Part shown: piece after piece, positions 38,336-50,349 of the stretch
Numbering within the stretch: the stretch's first letter is position 1
How the letters are laid out: each line of letters begins with the position of its first letter
NCBI RefSeq assembly: GCF_018977255.1
Contig: NW_024704742.1
Span: 79,610,001-79,674,000 of the forward strand
DNA from: Callorhinchus milii
Taxonomy: Eukaryota
Reading direction: 5' to 3'
DNA length: 64,000 bases
Notes under the pieces: model-generated
What the model was told of the DNA's origin: nothing
The model's input: only the letters and a program-made list of their open reading frames with translations
Database searches by the model: none
Translations under genes and position numbers: made by a program

Positions 38336-39134
38336 TGGCTACAGCGACTGTCTTTGTAGGTTTTCCCTCTACCACTCTGTCTCGAACTAACTTTAAGATC
38401 CACTTCAAATCCTAGTGTGGAAAGTGTGGGAATGTAACATCTTTGGGCAATCGCAAAAGTTACAGAATAAGCAAAGGCAATGAGACAAAACATGTTTTCG
38501 CATTTGGTGTAAGCTCAGCTTTGTTTTGGTTTGCAACTATCAATGTATATGTTATTGTGCTAAGGAACCCGAGACCCATATCTCTTTTTATGAAAGAAGC
38601 AGACATCCAATTATGGGAAAATGGAACATGTATAAAAGTCAGATGTTGTTTTTATCTGGTGTGCAGTGTGGGGAGCAGTATCTTGAGAGAGTTGTTGCTA
38701 CCGCTCTGCATCTCATATATATATGAAATAAAGCGTTTTTTGGATGTATACCGCACTGACTCCGTGTTGAGTTTTTCAGGTCTTTAAGAGCAATCGCACA
38801 TCGAAATCTGGATTTAACACTACCTCTTTGAATGTACTTATGGCCACCTCCCCCCTCTCCCTTGCTTGGTGTCCAATTCCATCCTTGTGAAATGTTCCAA
38901 GATATCACCTTATATGAAGGGCACTAAATAAATATAAGTTGTTGTGATTGTTGTAACTGTGGCAGCTGGAATGGTTGCTTTTTTCAGGCCCAGTCAAATG
39001 GATGAATAGAATACTGACCTTACTCAATAGTTTACAATCATTACATCCTTACAGCAAAGATCAATGAGATAATTATCATATCAAAACAGTGGAATATTTG
39101 CACATTTGAACACATTCTCAAACACAGAGGAAAA

Positions 39135-41600
39135 ACAACAACAACAACTTGGATTTATATAGCGCCCTCCACGCCAGACGGCGTCGCAGAGCACTTCACA
39201 GTAATGGATCCCGGGGCCGAGCCAGGGGGAGGTGGAGGAAAGTGACCAAAGGCGCGGTCAAAAAGAAAGGTCTCAGCAGAAACCTGAAAATAGGAAAAGA
39301 GGGAGCGAGGCGAAGGGAGTGAGGAAGGGAGTTCCAGAGCCTCGGGGCATAGTGGCTGAAGGCACGGCTGCCGAGGGTGGAGCGGAGGATTCGGGGGATG
39401 AGGAGGAGGCCAGACCCAGAGGAACAAAGGCAACGGGGACTGTTTTGAGGAGAGAGGAGGTCAGAGAGGTAGGGGAGTGCAGAGGAGTGCAGGGACTTGA
39501 AGACGAGGGTGAGGATCTTGAAATCGATCCTCTCTGGGACACGCAGCCAGTGCAGTCTGGCAAGGATTGAGGTGATTGGGGAGTGGAGTTTGGTGCAGGT
39601 GAGAATGCGGGCGGCAGAGTTTTGAATAATCTGGATTTTGTGGATGGTAGTGGAGGGGAGACTGGCGAGGAGGGTGTTAGAATAGTCCAGCCGAGAGGTG
39701 ACAAAGGCATGGACTAGGATTTCAGCGGTTCCCGGAGAGGGGTATTGGCAGAGATGGGCGATGAGTCGGAGGTGGAAGAAAGTGATGCTGGTGAAGGACT
39801 GGATGTGGGGGAGGAAGGATAATTGGGGGTCGAAACTGATGCCTAGGTTGCGTATGGGTTCAGAGAGTTTTAAGGGAAGGTCGGGTAGGTGAGAACCCTG
39901 AGATTTTAGACATTGATGAGAGCGAAAGAGTATGGCTTCTGTCTTGTCAACTGAAGGAAATTTGCACTCATCCAGCCCCTGAGGTCTGACAGGCAGGCTG
40001 ACAGAATATCAGGGGACTGGGGGTTGCAAAGAGAGATGGAAAAATAGAGTTGGGTGTCGTCCGCTTATATGTGGAAATATACCCTATGTCTGTGGATGAC
40101 ATCTCCAAGAGGGAGCATATAGATCAGAAAGAGTAGGGGGCCAAGGATGGATCCTTGGGGTACCCCACAGGTAACAGAGTGAAAGCGGAAGGAGAAGCCT
40201 TTTGTGCAGATGTACTGCTGGCAGCTTGTGAGGTAGGACTCGAACCGGGCGAGTGCGGTCCCATTCAGGTGGATGATGGAGGAAAGACGGTGGAGGAGGA
40301 TGGCATGATCGACTGTGTTGAACGCGGTGGAGAGGTCCAGGAGGACAAGAAGGCATAGGGAGCCCTGGTAACAGATAGAGAGGATGTCGTTTGTGACTTC
40401 CACAAGCGCAGTCTCTGTACTGTGGGCAGGGCGGAAACCGGACTGGAGGGGTTCGAAGAGGGAGTGGGAGGAGGTGTGCACAAAGTTGATTGGCAACAAC
40501 GCTTTCTAGGACTTTTGTGAGGAAGGGCAGGTTAAAAATACGGCGGTAGTGGCTGGGGTTTGAGGGGTCCAGGGAGGTTTTTTGAGGAGGGGGTTGATGA
40601 CAGCAGTTGTGAGGGAGGAGGGACTGATCCGGAGGAGAGGGACTGGTTGATGACGTCAGCCAGTAGTGGGCAGAGGAGGGGGAGCTGTGTGACCAGTAAG
40701 TTGGTGGAGAGGTGGTCGAGGCAGCAGTTGGTGGGTTTCATAGTGGTGATAGTAGGTGAGAGGGAGGAGGGAGAGATGGGGAGGAAGGAATGTAGGATGG
40801 GGGTGGAGGTGGGAGCAGATGATGGGGAAGGTGAGGGGACAGAGAGGGTGTGGTGGTGGATGACAAGAGGCAGGTGGATGAGGCTGCCTGGTGGATATAT
40901 AATAATAATAATCCTTGCATTTGATATAGCACTTTTCACGTCTTCTTGACCTCTCAAAGCGCTTCACAGAATATGTTGTAAAGTGATTTGACTATATTTG
41001 TGGACGAGATGTTATGAATTTTAGCTGAAAAGAAGTCCATGACCTCCTCGCACTTGGCATTTGATATGAAGATTGAGGAGACCTGAGGGGGTGCACAGAG
41101 AAGGTAGTGGGTGGTGGAAAAAAAGATTTTAGGGTTGTATTAGCCTCCAAGATGATATTGGAGTCGAAGGCCGTTTTTGCGCGTGTCAAAGATTGACGGT
41201 AGCTGTGGAGATGCTCGAGCCACAGTTGGTGGTGAACTGTCAAGCCAGTTTTCCACCATCGGCACTCGAGCAGACGGGTTTGGGTTTTTTGGCGGCGGAG
41301 ATGGTTGTTGTACCAGGAGAATTGGGTGGGTTTGGAGATGGTCCTAGATTTTAGAGGGATGAGGGAATTGAAGTTGGAGTAGAGGCGATCATGGAACAGC
41401 TGGATGGCTGCTTCAGGATCTCCGTGGGTGGAAGGCCAGAGGGATAGGATGTTTGATGATGTGAGGGCCTTTGTGAGAGTCTCAGGGTGTAGCCTTTTCC
41501 AAGGGCGGTAGAGCATGGTTGAGGGCTTGGTGGAGGAGAGAGGGATGTGAGAGGAGAAGGAGATGAGGAAGTGGTCCGAGATGGCCTTGTCCACTATGCA
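39135..41600 (-). mobile_element. L2-clade LINE, 5'-truncated (endonuclease end, RT, 3' tail), degenerate; SINE fragment inserted at about 40896-41003
   Basis: ISDHFLISF (endonuclease), QSGFRPAHSTETAL, LLDLSTAFNTVDH, GVPQGSILGPLLFLIYM, ADDTQ; (TTG)n tail. Confidence 0.92.
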
Positions 41601-43709
41601 AACAGCTATCAAGAGGTGCATCATCAATATATTCAAGATAACATCATATATCAAAGCATCTCTGTAAATCCTAGATTTAATACATTTGATTTCATATGAT
41701 ATGCAGAACGCATATATGAGATTCTAATTCTTCATCGTAAAAATCAGCAGTACTTTACAAGAGTAAGAATTATTTGATCTGTTTATATGTCTTCTGCCAG
41801 ATTGTATGACTCATTCTGGCTATTCTGAGCATTTTATGTACCATGTTAGTACTTTACTGAAGCAGCTGTTCATATTGTATTGCTATTTATGTAAAACAGC
41901 TTCTTGATACAGCTCCACATAATTGTATTGGAACATATTTGCCAATGACAACAGAACCTTTACTCATAGTCATAGGCCCATAGAAATGTACACCACAAAA
42001 GGCTATTCGGTCCATCGTATCTGTGTTGGATCTCTGAAAGAACAATCTATTAGCCCCATTTATCTGTCTGTTCCCCTTAACCCTAAAAAGTATTCCTTTT
42101 TAGATATGAATCTACTTCTCCCTTGAAATCTAGGTATAGATCCTGTCTTGACCACTGCACATCAGCGGGGCATTCTACATTATAACAATTCTGTGTAAAA
42201 TAAAATCCTCCTAATCTCCCTCTATCATTTTTTTTAAAAACTGATGCGCTCTTGCCACTGACTCACCAACCAGTAGAAAATCTTTCTCTATCAAACTCCC
42301 TCAACATTTTAAAGATCTCTTTGCACTTCCAGAGAATTGCACATTGGAACACTGACGGAGTGTGTGCCTCAGAGCTTTGAGAAAGTCCTTGGAGGGCAGC
42401 TTCAATCTGTAAGCTTCTCACCATTGGCCTGCACAAGCCCCCTCACCAAGAAGCTTACAGGAACTCAGAATTAATGGTCTCCCTTTAACTTTTACTGTTA
42501 TTACGCCCAATTCCTCTAGTCTCTGATCATAGGTCAGACCACTTTCTGTCCTGAACTCCTGCATAGTGTTATAGCCTCGAAACAGCCAAACACCACCATT
42601 CTTATTGTTGCTGGTGGAGAGCAAGTGTTTGAGTGCTATGTCATGACATGACTTGCAAACAATGGTGATTGCCTGAAGCTTCAGATAGCTTTGGGGAAAA
42701 TCATTCTGCAGCAGTCAGGAGGGGGATGCTGAGTTAACATTCCAGTCAATAATGAAAGCCGGTTTTGCGTCACAATTTTCAGTGATGTGATAATCAACAC
42801 TCGAGATTATCACATAACACACTATTTTATTATTAGTAATAGTAATATGAGTAATAATATTTGTTGTGTTTGATATAGTGCTTCATTACATTATTCACTT
42901 TACAGGACATACTGTAAAGTTGCATAACTGTATTTTACGGGCGAACACAACAGCCTTTTGCATGTAGCAATGTCCCACAAACAACCATGGAGTGAGTGAC
43001 CAATTTTATTTGGTTCATTGCTGGCCGGGACCCTGAGAGAAATTTCCTTCTCTTTTCAAATAGTTAGTGTCTGGACAGGTAGATGGGACCTTGGTTTAAC
43101 ATTTCATCCGAAGGAGAGAACCTTTGCTGATGCAGCACTTCACCTCGCTGTGCTATTCAAGAACTGGCTAAACAACTGACACGTCAATAACCATAAACAA
43201 AAAGCCCTTAATCCTTCCAATGAACGACACAAATTGTAGTCCAATGTAAGCCCCCCACATTAGGTTCTAAATTTCATCCAGTTTTAGCCGATAAAACCAT
43301 TTTGACTTGAAATTTAACATTTTAGGTCGATAACATTTCGTCAATGTTCCCAGCAACTTCTGTGTTTATTTCAGATTTCCAACATCTGCAGTATTTTGTC
43401 TTTTGAAAGGATCTTGAAATCGATCCGTTTGGTAATTAGGAGAGTCAGTGGAGCCTGACAAGGACTGGTGTGTTAGGGGTACAGAGTTTTATGCGGGTGA
43501 GTATCTGGGTGGTGTAGATTTCAAATAATTGGATTGTGTGTATCAGGGAGCTTGGGTGACCAGCGAGGAAGCATTAGAATTGTCCAGCTGGGAAGTGACG
43601 AAAGCATGGACAAGGGTTTTGGCTATCCCTGAAATCTCTTGGTGTCAAGCTTGAGTGTGATTCACAGTGGGTTAAGTACAATTTTATTGAAGCTTTGCTT
43701 CTTCATGAA

Positions 43710-44770
43710 AGCAGAAAGCAGAGAGTAGTGGTGAACGGTTGTTTTCTGTCAATTACTGGAGGGAAGTGTCAAGTGGTGTCCCCCAGGGATTGGGATCATT
43801 GGTGTTTGGATCTGTGTAAATGTCCTGGACTTGGGTATAGGGAGTACAATTTCCAAGTTTGCAGATGATACTAAGCTAGGAAAAGTAATAAACAGTGAGG
43901 AGGATAGTAACAGACTGCAAATAGACATAGACAGACTGGTAAAATGGGCCGACATGTGGCAGATGAAGTTTAATGTGGAGAAATGCAAAGTGATGCATTT
44001 TGGGAGGAAGAATAAGGAGAGGCAATATAAGCCGATGGTACAATCTTAAAGGCGGTGAAGGAACAGAGAGACCTGGGGGTTCATATAAGTAAATCTTTGA
44101 AGGTGACAGGACAGGTAGATAAAGCTGTTAAAAAAGCATACGGCATACTTGGCTTTATAAATAGGGGTATAGAATACAAAAGTCAGAAAGTTATGATGAA
44201 ACTTTATAAAACACTGGTTAGGACTCAGCGAGAGTACTGTGTTCAGTTCTGGGCACTACAATTTAGGAAGGATGTCAAGGCATTGGAGAGGGTGCAACGG
44301 AGATTTACCAGGATGGTACCAGGAATGAGAGACTTCAGTTATCAAGAGTGGCTAGAGAAGCTCGGATTATTCTCCTTGGAGCAGAGAAGGTTAAGCGGTG
44401 ACTTAATAGAAGTTTTCTAAATTATGAGGGGATTCGATAGGGTGAATAAGGAAAAATTATTTCCACTGGTGGGTGGGTCGGTAACCCGAAGGCACCAATT
44501 TAAAATAGTTGTTAAAAGAAACAGAGGGGAGGTTAGGAGAATTTTTTTTCACACAGCGAGTTGTTTGGATCTGGAATGCATGATGGAAGCCGATTCAATA
44601 ACAACTTTTAAGAGAGAAATAGATAATTACTTCGGGAGGACAAGTTTGCAGGGTGTGGGAATAGAGCAGGGTAGTGGGATTGATTTGGATAACTCTTTTC
44701 AAAGAGTCGGCACAGATACGATGGGCCAAATGGCCTCCTTCTGTACTGTATAATTCTATAATTCTATGAC
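43710..44770 (+). mobile_element. CR1 LINE 3' fragment (RT C-terminus and 3' UTR)
   Basis: SGVPQG, SKFADDTKLG, WADMWQMKFNVEKCKVMHFG, RDLGV, LEKLGLFSLEQRRL; ATTCTATA tandem tail. Confidence 0.93.
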
Positions 44771-44831
44771 TATTATAGGAATACAGCAAGAGAGGTGTAA
44801 GGCAAGTTTAACTTGATCGGAATATGCTTAC

Positions 44832-44948
44832 CATTGTTGCTGCTAGTCAAAGTCTTTAACATTTCTTTAACATTATCTTGTAGTTGTCTTTCCCTTTCAG
44901 GCAAACTGGATTTCAGAGTCTCCAAATGTTTTGATAAATCATTGATTC
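44832..44948 (-). CDS. Open laminin-alpha coiled-coil exon (GINDLSKHLETLKSSLPERERQLQDNVKEMLKTLTSSNN)
   Basis: Acceptor tgttgttttctgtgttcAG, donor ATG|GTAAGC; 117 nt, phase 1 in and out, continuing the frame of the 53598-53842 exon. Confidence 0.75.
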
Positions 44949-45249
44949 CTGAACACAGAAAACAACATTGAAAGGAATTGCAAAGGGGATACAAAAAAAT
45001 TGAATGTGGGAAATCTAAAATCAAATCAAACATTTTAGAAATGCACAGCAGATGAATCAACACATGAAAGAGACAGAGACACAGCAACATTTTGGGTGCA
45101 TTATAATTGGCGCTGGTTCTGAGTGAAATCCTGATACTGATCGACTTACTGCACATTTTCTGTTCTTAAAAGAGAAACTTTAATCACAAGGTTGGTTTGG
45201 AATTAGAAGGCCTTTGCCCCATTTGAACTAATCTGTCTAGAATATCCAT

Positions 45250-45574
45250 GGAATCCTGTAGCTCAGTGGTTAGAGCACTCGCTTTGCAAGCGAGAGACCC
45301 GAATTCAATTCCAGGCACAGGGTGAACCCTTGGGCAAGTTTCCTTACTCCACACGCCTAATAATAATCCCTCCAAAAACAAAAATAATAATAAAAAAATT
45401 TGGTAATTTTCAATCTACGACTGTTTGTGGGATATTGCTGTGCGCAATTGGCTGCCGCGTTCCCCCACAAATATACAGTCAATTCACTTTACAGTGTGTT
45501 CTGTGAAGCGCTTTGGGACGTCCTCCCGACGTGAAAAGTGCTATATCAAATGCAAGGATTATTATTATTATTAT
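45250..45574 (+). mobile_element. tRNA-derived SINE, short subfamily
   Basis: Same head, body and tail as 14709-15038. Confidence 0.92.
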
Positions 45575-45667
45575 CCTCACATCACAGCACCAAGCTATTT
45601 TTTTAATTAGCTGTTCCAGTTGTTAATTTCTTCTTACCTTCTATGCTAAAAAAAATTTGCTCCTTTC

Positions 45668-46320
45668 AGTCAGTCGGGTGTCTGATACATGATGAAAACC
45701 ATCACCATGCTTAAGAGTATCCAAATCAAGCTGAGATTTCCATGCATCCCACCGACAAATGAAAATCCCAGAGATAGAGTTTTGGAATGGAATGCATACT
45801 CTCTCCTTGGAGGAATGCATCCTACTTTCCTAACCCCAGAAAGTATTAAGTGCAGGTTGGCAAGAGCCAAGGCTTGGGGAGCCCAGAGTGTGTTGGGGTA
45901 CTGCTGGAGTCTAACTAGCTAAAACCACATAGCTTGTCATTGATATTCCTGTCTGGCAAGATTTCCTGCTTCTTGTCCAGCTTGGACTACCCCACCTGTT
46001 AGGGCTTTGGCTTGTAGGGTTAACAGGAGCTGAGAGGGATGACTCCCTGTCCCCAGTGACTGGTCTGCACTTCCAGGACCTGCCGATGAGCCAGGTTGGC
46101 TGTGCTGTCCTGGATATTAATCCTTGCATTTATTGATATAGCACCTTATCATGTCTTCAAGACTTCTCAAAGTCCTTCACAGAATATACTTTAAAGTGAA
46201 TTGATTGTATATTTTGTGGGCAACCCCCCTGGACCTGGCTGGCTCAGGAACTGTACTAATGATAGTAAGGCTGGCACGATTCCGGCATTCCACTGCCAGG
46301 TATGTCAACTTAGCCTAAAA
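45668..46320 (-). repeat. Unclassified non-coding interspersed repeat of about 550-650 bp; copies at about 9480-9800, 11360-11460, 18600-18770, 32970-33100, 51882-52420, 52690-53005 and 57320-57490
   Basis: Shared blocks ggtcag(t/c)c..gtgtctga.aca...aaacccatcac.atgcttaagagtatccaa and ggaatggaatg...tctc..tggaggga.gcatcc. An A-rich run follows the ...CTGACC end in several copies. Confidence 0.75.
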
Positions 46321-49149
46321 TTGCCCTTTGCATCCCTATGCTTGGAGGATTAGAAAGGATTGTTCTGCGTTTACTTTCTCAATTTAGAGTAAACTACAGG
46401 AGTATTGGGAAATGGACCTGAAAGGATTGTTTTGAATGAAACCAGCACAGACACAATGTGCCGAATGGCCTTCTGTGCTGTAAATTTCTATGGCTAGAAT
46501 AGAATAGGCCAGAATTACATGCAAAATTGCAGTATAGATTGTATAGTAAAACCTGGATGGAAGCCAATGAAAGATTGCAGAAAGGTGAATTCAAAGCTTA
46601 TGGAAATGGTTGTTTTTTCAATTGGCTATTACATTGAATTTCCTGGCTGAAACATGAGGTATTACTGCATTTTTCACCCCTGTTGTGTGCTTTTCCTGCA
46701 ATGCCTTTCCTTTTCCATTTCTAATTTTGTGTTGTACACAGGATATATTTTGCACTGGTAAATGCCATCTCTCAACTTACAATAGAATTTCAAATTTACA
46801 TTTAGTTAATGCTCTTCACATAGAGAGAATGTGCTAAGGTACTGAACAATCTAAAGTTTGCACTCAAGCTGGTGGTGGAGGCCAGGATAGAAATCTGTGG
46901 ATAGAACTCACAATTGCGCTCTGGAACATTGACGGAGTTTGTGCTTTAGAGAGAGTCCTAGGAGGGCAGATCCAATCTGTAAGGTTCTCACCATTGGCTT
47001 CCACAAGGTCCACCAACCCCCCACCCTGAGAAGCTTATAGGAACTCAGAATTAATGACGTCCACACCTGCTGCTTTACCATTAGCAATGCCACATTGTGG
47101 AGTCCACTTCCTCTCAATAGATTGGGTTATTAAAGCCTTCAATCTGCTCCCACCAGCTCAGTTGTTAGCATTCTCACCTCTGAGTCAGAAGGTTTTATAG
47201 ATTCATAGAAGGTGCAGGTCAGAAACAGGCAATTGGGCGCAATGAGTCCACCTAGTGTTAATACTCCACATGAGTGCCCATCTTATTATAGAATTATATA
47301 GCAAGGAGGTGGTGATTCGGCTCATCGGTTCTGTGCCGACTCTTTCAAAAGAGCTCTCCAATCCAATCCCACTCCCTCGCTCTCTCCCCATAGCCCTGCA
47401 AACTTGTCCTCCCCAAATAATTATCTCTGGTTCCATATTAGGGTGGATATCAGGATAATAATAGTAATAATAATAAATCGATAAATCAATCATTCACTTT
47501 GTGGTGTTTCAGTGCGACAGATACTATAAAAAATGTATGTTTCTAGTGCTGTCTAAAGTGTACTCATACGGTTTTTAAAATTAATTATGATTAAATTAAA
47601 CTAAAATGGACTACAGTGTCATTACATTGAAAAGACCAGAGAATGAGCATAGCATCGCAGATATAAAAAGTGATTGGTCTATGGCTCAATGTGATAGACA
47701 AAGGATATAAAAAGACAGATATCATTGAGTAGAGGGATGCAGGTTGATTCTCCTCCCCCAACCCACATATACCACATGTATTCAATTCTTGATCTCATCT
47801 GCAGTGGGTTGGGAAGTATCAACCACCAGTTAGGATGAAGTGGTGGCTACGAAAATTGAATGAAAAGCCTTTGCTGAAATAATTTCCCACAATTTGTGTA
47901 CCTGAAAAGCAAGAGGAACAGAACATTGGTATACCTGGGATCACTACTAAAAGAGAAAAAGCAGATTTGGGTGACATCCGCATATATGTGTCTGCGGATG
48001 ACATTACCAAGAGGGAGTATGTAGATGAGAAAAGGGGGTACACTGCAGGTGACAATTTTCCCAATACCCTCGTCGTCGGTCTCCTCAGCTCCACTAGTTA
48101 TAATATTAATTAAAAGGACGGCAGTACCAGCCATGCAACACAACCCAAGCACTGCATTGGAGTATCAGCTTACACCATGCAAGTTCAAGTCGCAAATGGG
48201 GACCTGCTGAGCTTCTCACCCAGAGGCAACAGTGCTACCAACTGAGCCAGGCTGACACTGGCATATAATAGATGCACATTGGGTTAAACGCTTTAACTTT
48301 TTACAGTCAACAAACTGTAAAGCAAATGACAATGGCAGTCTTATGAAATCTTGGATTTAATCTTCAATTGAAAAGTGGTTTTCTGCATTCTCGAAAAAAC
48401 TTGTTTTCTAAGTTAAGACTGAATTTCTGAATTTTCCATAATTCTGCATGATTGAATTCAAGATCCTTGTCGTCGTGTTCAAATCCCTCCATGGCCTTGA
48501 CTCACCCTATTGTGGATCTCTACAGTGTTACTACCAGAGCATCATTGAAAAATGCTTGTGGCTATTTGAAGTGTAAGTGTATTGTGGAGAACTGATCACT
48601 TATTCTCAGTCCTTTGGTTTCTTCTCATTTACTGTCTTTCAGAAACACTGAAAATAGTATTATTTACATTCAGAAAAATAGGGCTTTGGTCAAAAGAATT
48701 AGTCCATTAACTCAAAGTATTCAAACAAGCATAAGTTAGTTTGCTGGTGAAGAATAAAATTTAGTCTTACAACTGAGTTGGTCTGATAATGAAACTTGTT
48801 CTCAGTGTCCATTTTAATCCTGTCCCAATGCAATAGTTTTCCTCATTTTCTTCTACTGTAGATCCCAAAGCACAGTGCTCTCGCTGATCTTTCAAAATTA
48901 TGTTTTTTTGCAGGTGACAGAATTTTCAGCCAAAAAAGTCAGTTCAGCAAAAGGTTTAGTGGATCAGGAGCTCTTCCTCACGTTCCTGCTAGAATTTTGT
49001 TAACTTACAGAGATTTGTTCTTGTTGCACTACATTTTTCAAAAAGGCTGCTGTACTGCCAGAATTGCTGTTCCTTAGAAATTACAAACTGAGATATCTTC
49101 CTATTCGATGGAGGGCATCAGCATAAAAGAAAATAATGGTTATATAAAT

Positions 49150-49545
49150 CCTTAATTTGGTATTGGATCTTTCACTTTGGGAGGAGACCCAAAGTGCTTT
49201 ACAGGATATACTGTAAAGTGCAGTAACTGTTGATTTTGTGGGTGAACGAGGCTACCAATTTGCACACAGCATATCCCACAGATAGCCATGAAGTAATTGT
49301 CCAATTTTTTGTGGGGTGATTATTGGCCAAGAATTCAGGAGAAACTCACTTCTCTTTTTGAATAGTACTGTAGGATCTTTAACATCCACCTGAACAGGCA
49401 TCTCCAACAAATCAGCACACACCTTAGCCTTGCACTGGAGAGTCACCTTAGACTATGTGAGTTCCAAGTCCTGACATTGGGGTTGAACACACCTTCATCT
49501 TCTGACTTAGAGGCGAGAATGCTACCAACTAATCCTGGATGACAC
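49150..49545 (-). mobile_element. Older Deu-domain-type SINE; relatives at about 2540-2895, 14055-14240, 28690-28880, 42870-43150, 48110-48258, 59610-59855, 63180-63478 and 63908-63999
   Basis: Head GGCTCAGTTGGTAGCA...TCTGAGTCAGAAGG...GGGTTCAA and central CAGGTGGATGTTAAAGATCC..GCACTATT motif, as recalled for shark SacSINE1/DeuSINE elements. Confidence 0.65.
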
Positions 49546-50060
49546 AAAATAGAATTTCTCCCAGTGACCTGGTCAACAATTCTCAAGATATTTCATTTAT
49601 GAGACCTTGTTAAGAAAAACGGGAATTGTGTTTGCCTCTAAAGCAGTTTTTACATGGTTCAGTATTTACCAATGAAGCACTTTGAGATGTCTCAATATAA
49701 TAGAATGCCATCATTTATTGCTATAAAAATACAAGCTCTTTTTCCTTCATAACCTTTCATTGCAGTGTCATCAGACTGGTTCATGAAGTGCATTAAGTGT
49801 TAGTGTCTACCAAGAAATGTGGGGATAAGGTAACTAACTAAAAATGGGAAAAATAATATAATAATAACAATCCTTGCATTTGATATAGTGCCTTATCACG
49901 TTGTTGAGATGTCTCATAGTGCTTCTCAGGTTATACTGTAAACCCGGCAGCCAGTTTTGTGCACAGCAGTGTCCCACAAACAGCCATGGAGTGAATATCC
50001 AATTTCATCAATAGGAGAAACAAAATGAATCAAGCAACTGAGTTTTCTTCCCTTATACAC

Positions 50061-50349
50061 AATAATAATCCTTGTATTTGATATAGCGCTTTTCATGTCT
50101 TCTCAACATCTCAAAGCGCTTCACAGAATAGACTGTAAAGTGAATTGACCATATATTTGTGGGCGAAACGTGGCAGCCAATTGCGCACAACAGTGTCCCA
50201 CAAACAGTCTTGGATTGAAAATGACCAATTTATTATTGTTTTGTTTTGGAGGGATTATTATTAGGCGTGTGGAGTAAGGAAACTTGCCCAAGGTTTCGCC
50301 CTGGTGGAATTGAACCCAGATGTCTCTGACCACTGAGCTACAGGACTCC
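50061..50349 (-). mobile_element. tRNA-derived SINE, short subfamily (deletion in head)
   Basis: Reverse-complement copy within a cluster of SINE pieces at 49858-50812. Confidence 0.88.

Noticed and set aside
39232..41654. Several ORFs of 100-220 aa
   Set aside because: Broken L2 ORF2 pieces or their antisense shadows; not host genes and not an intact LINE.
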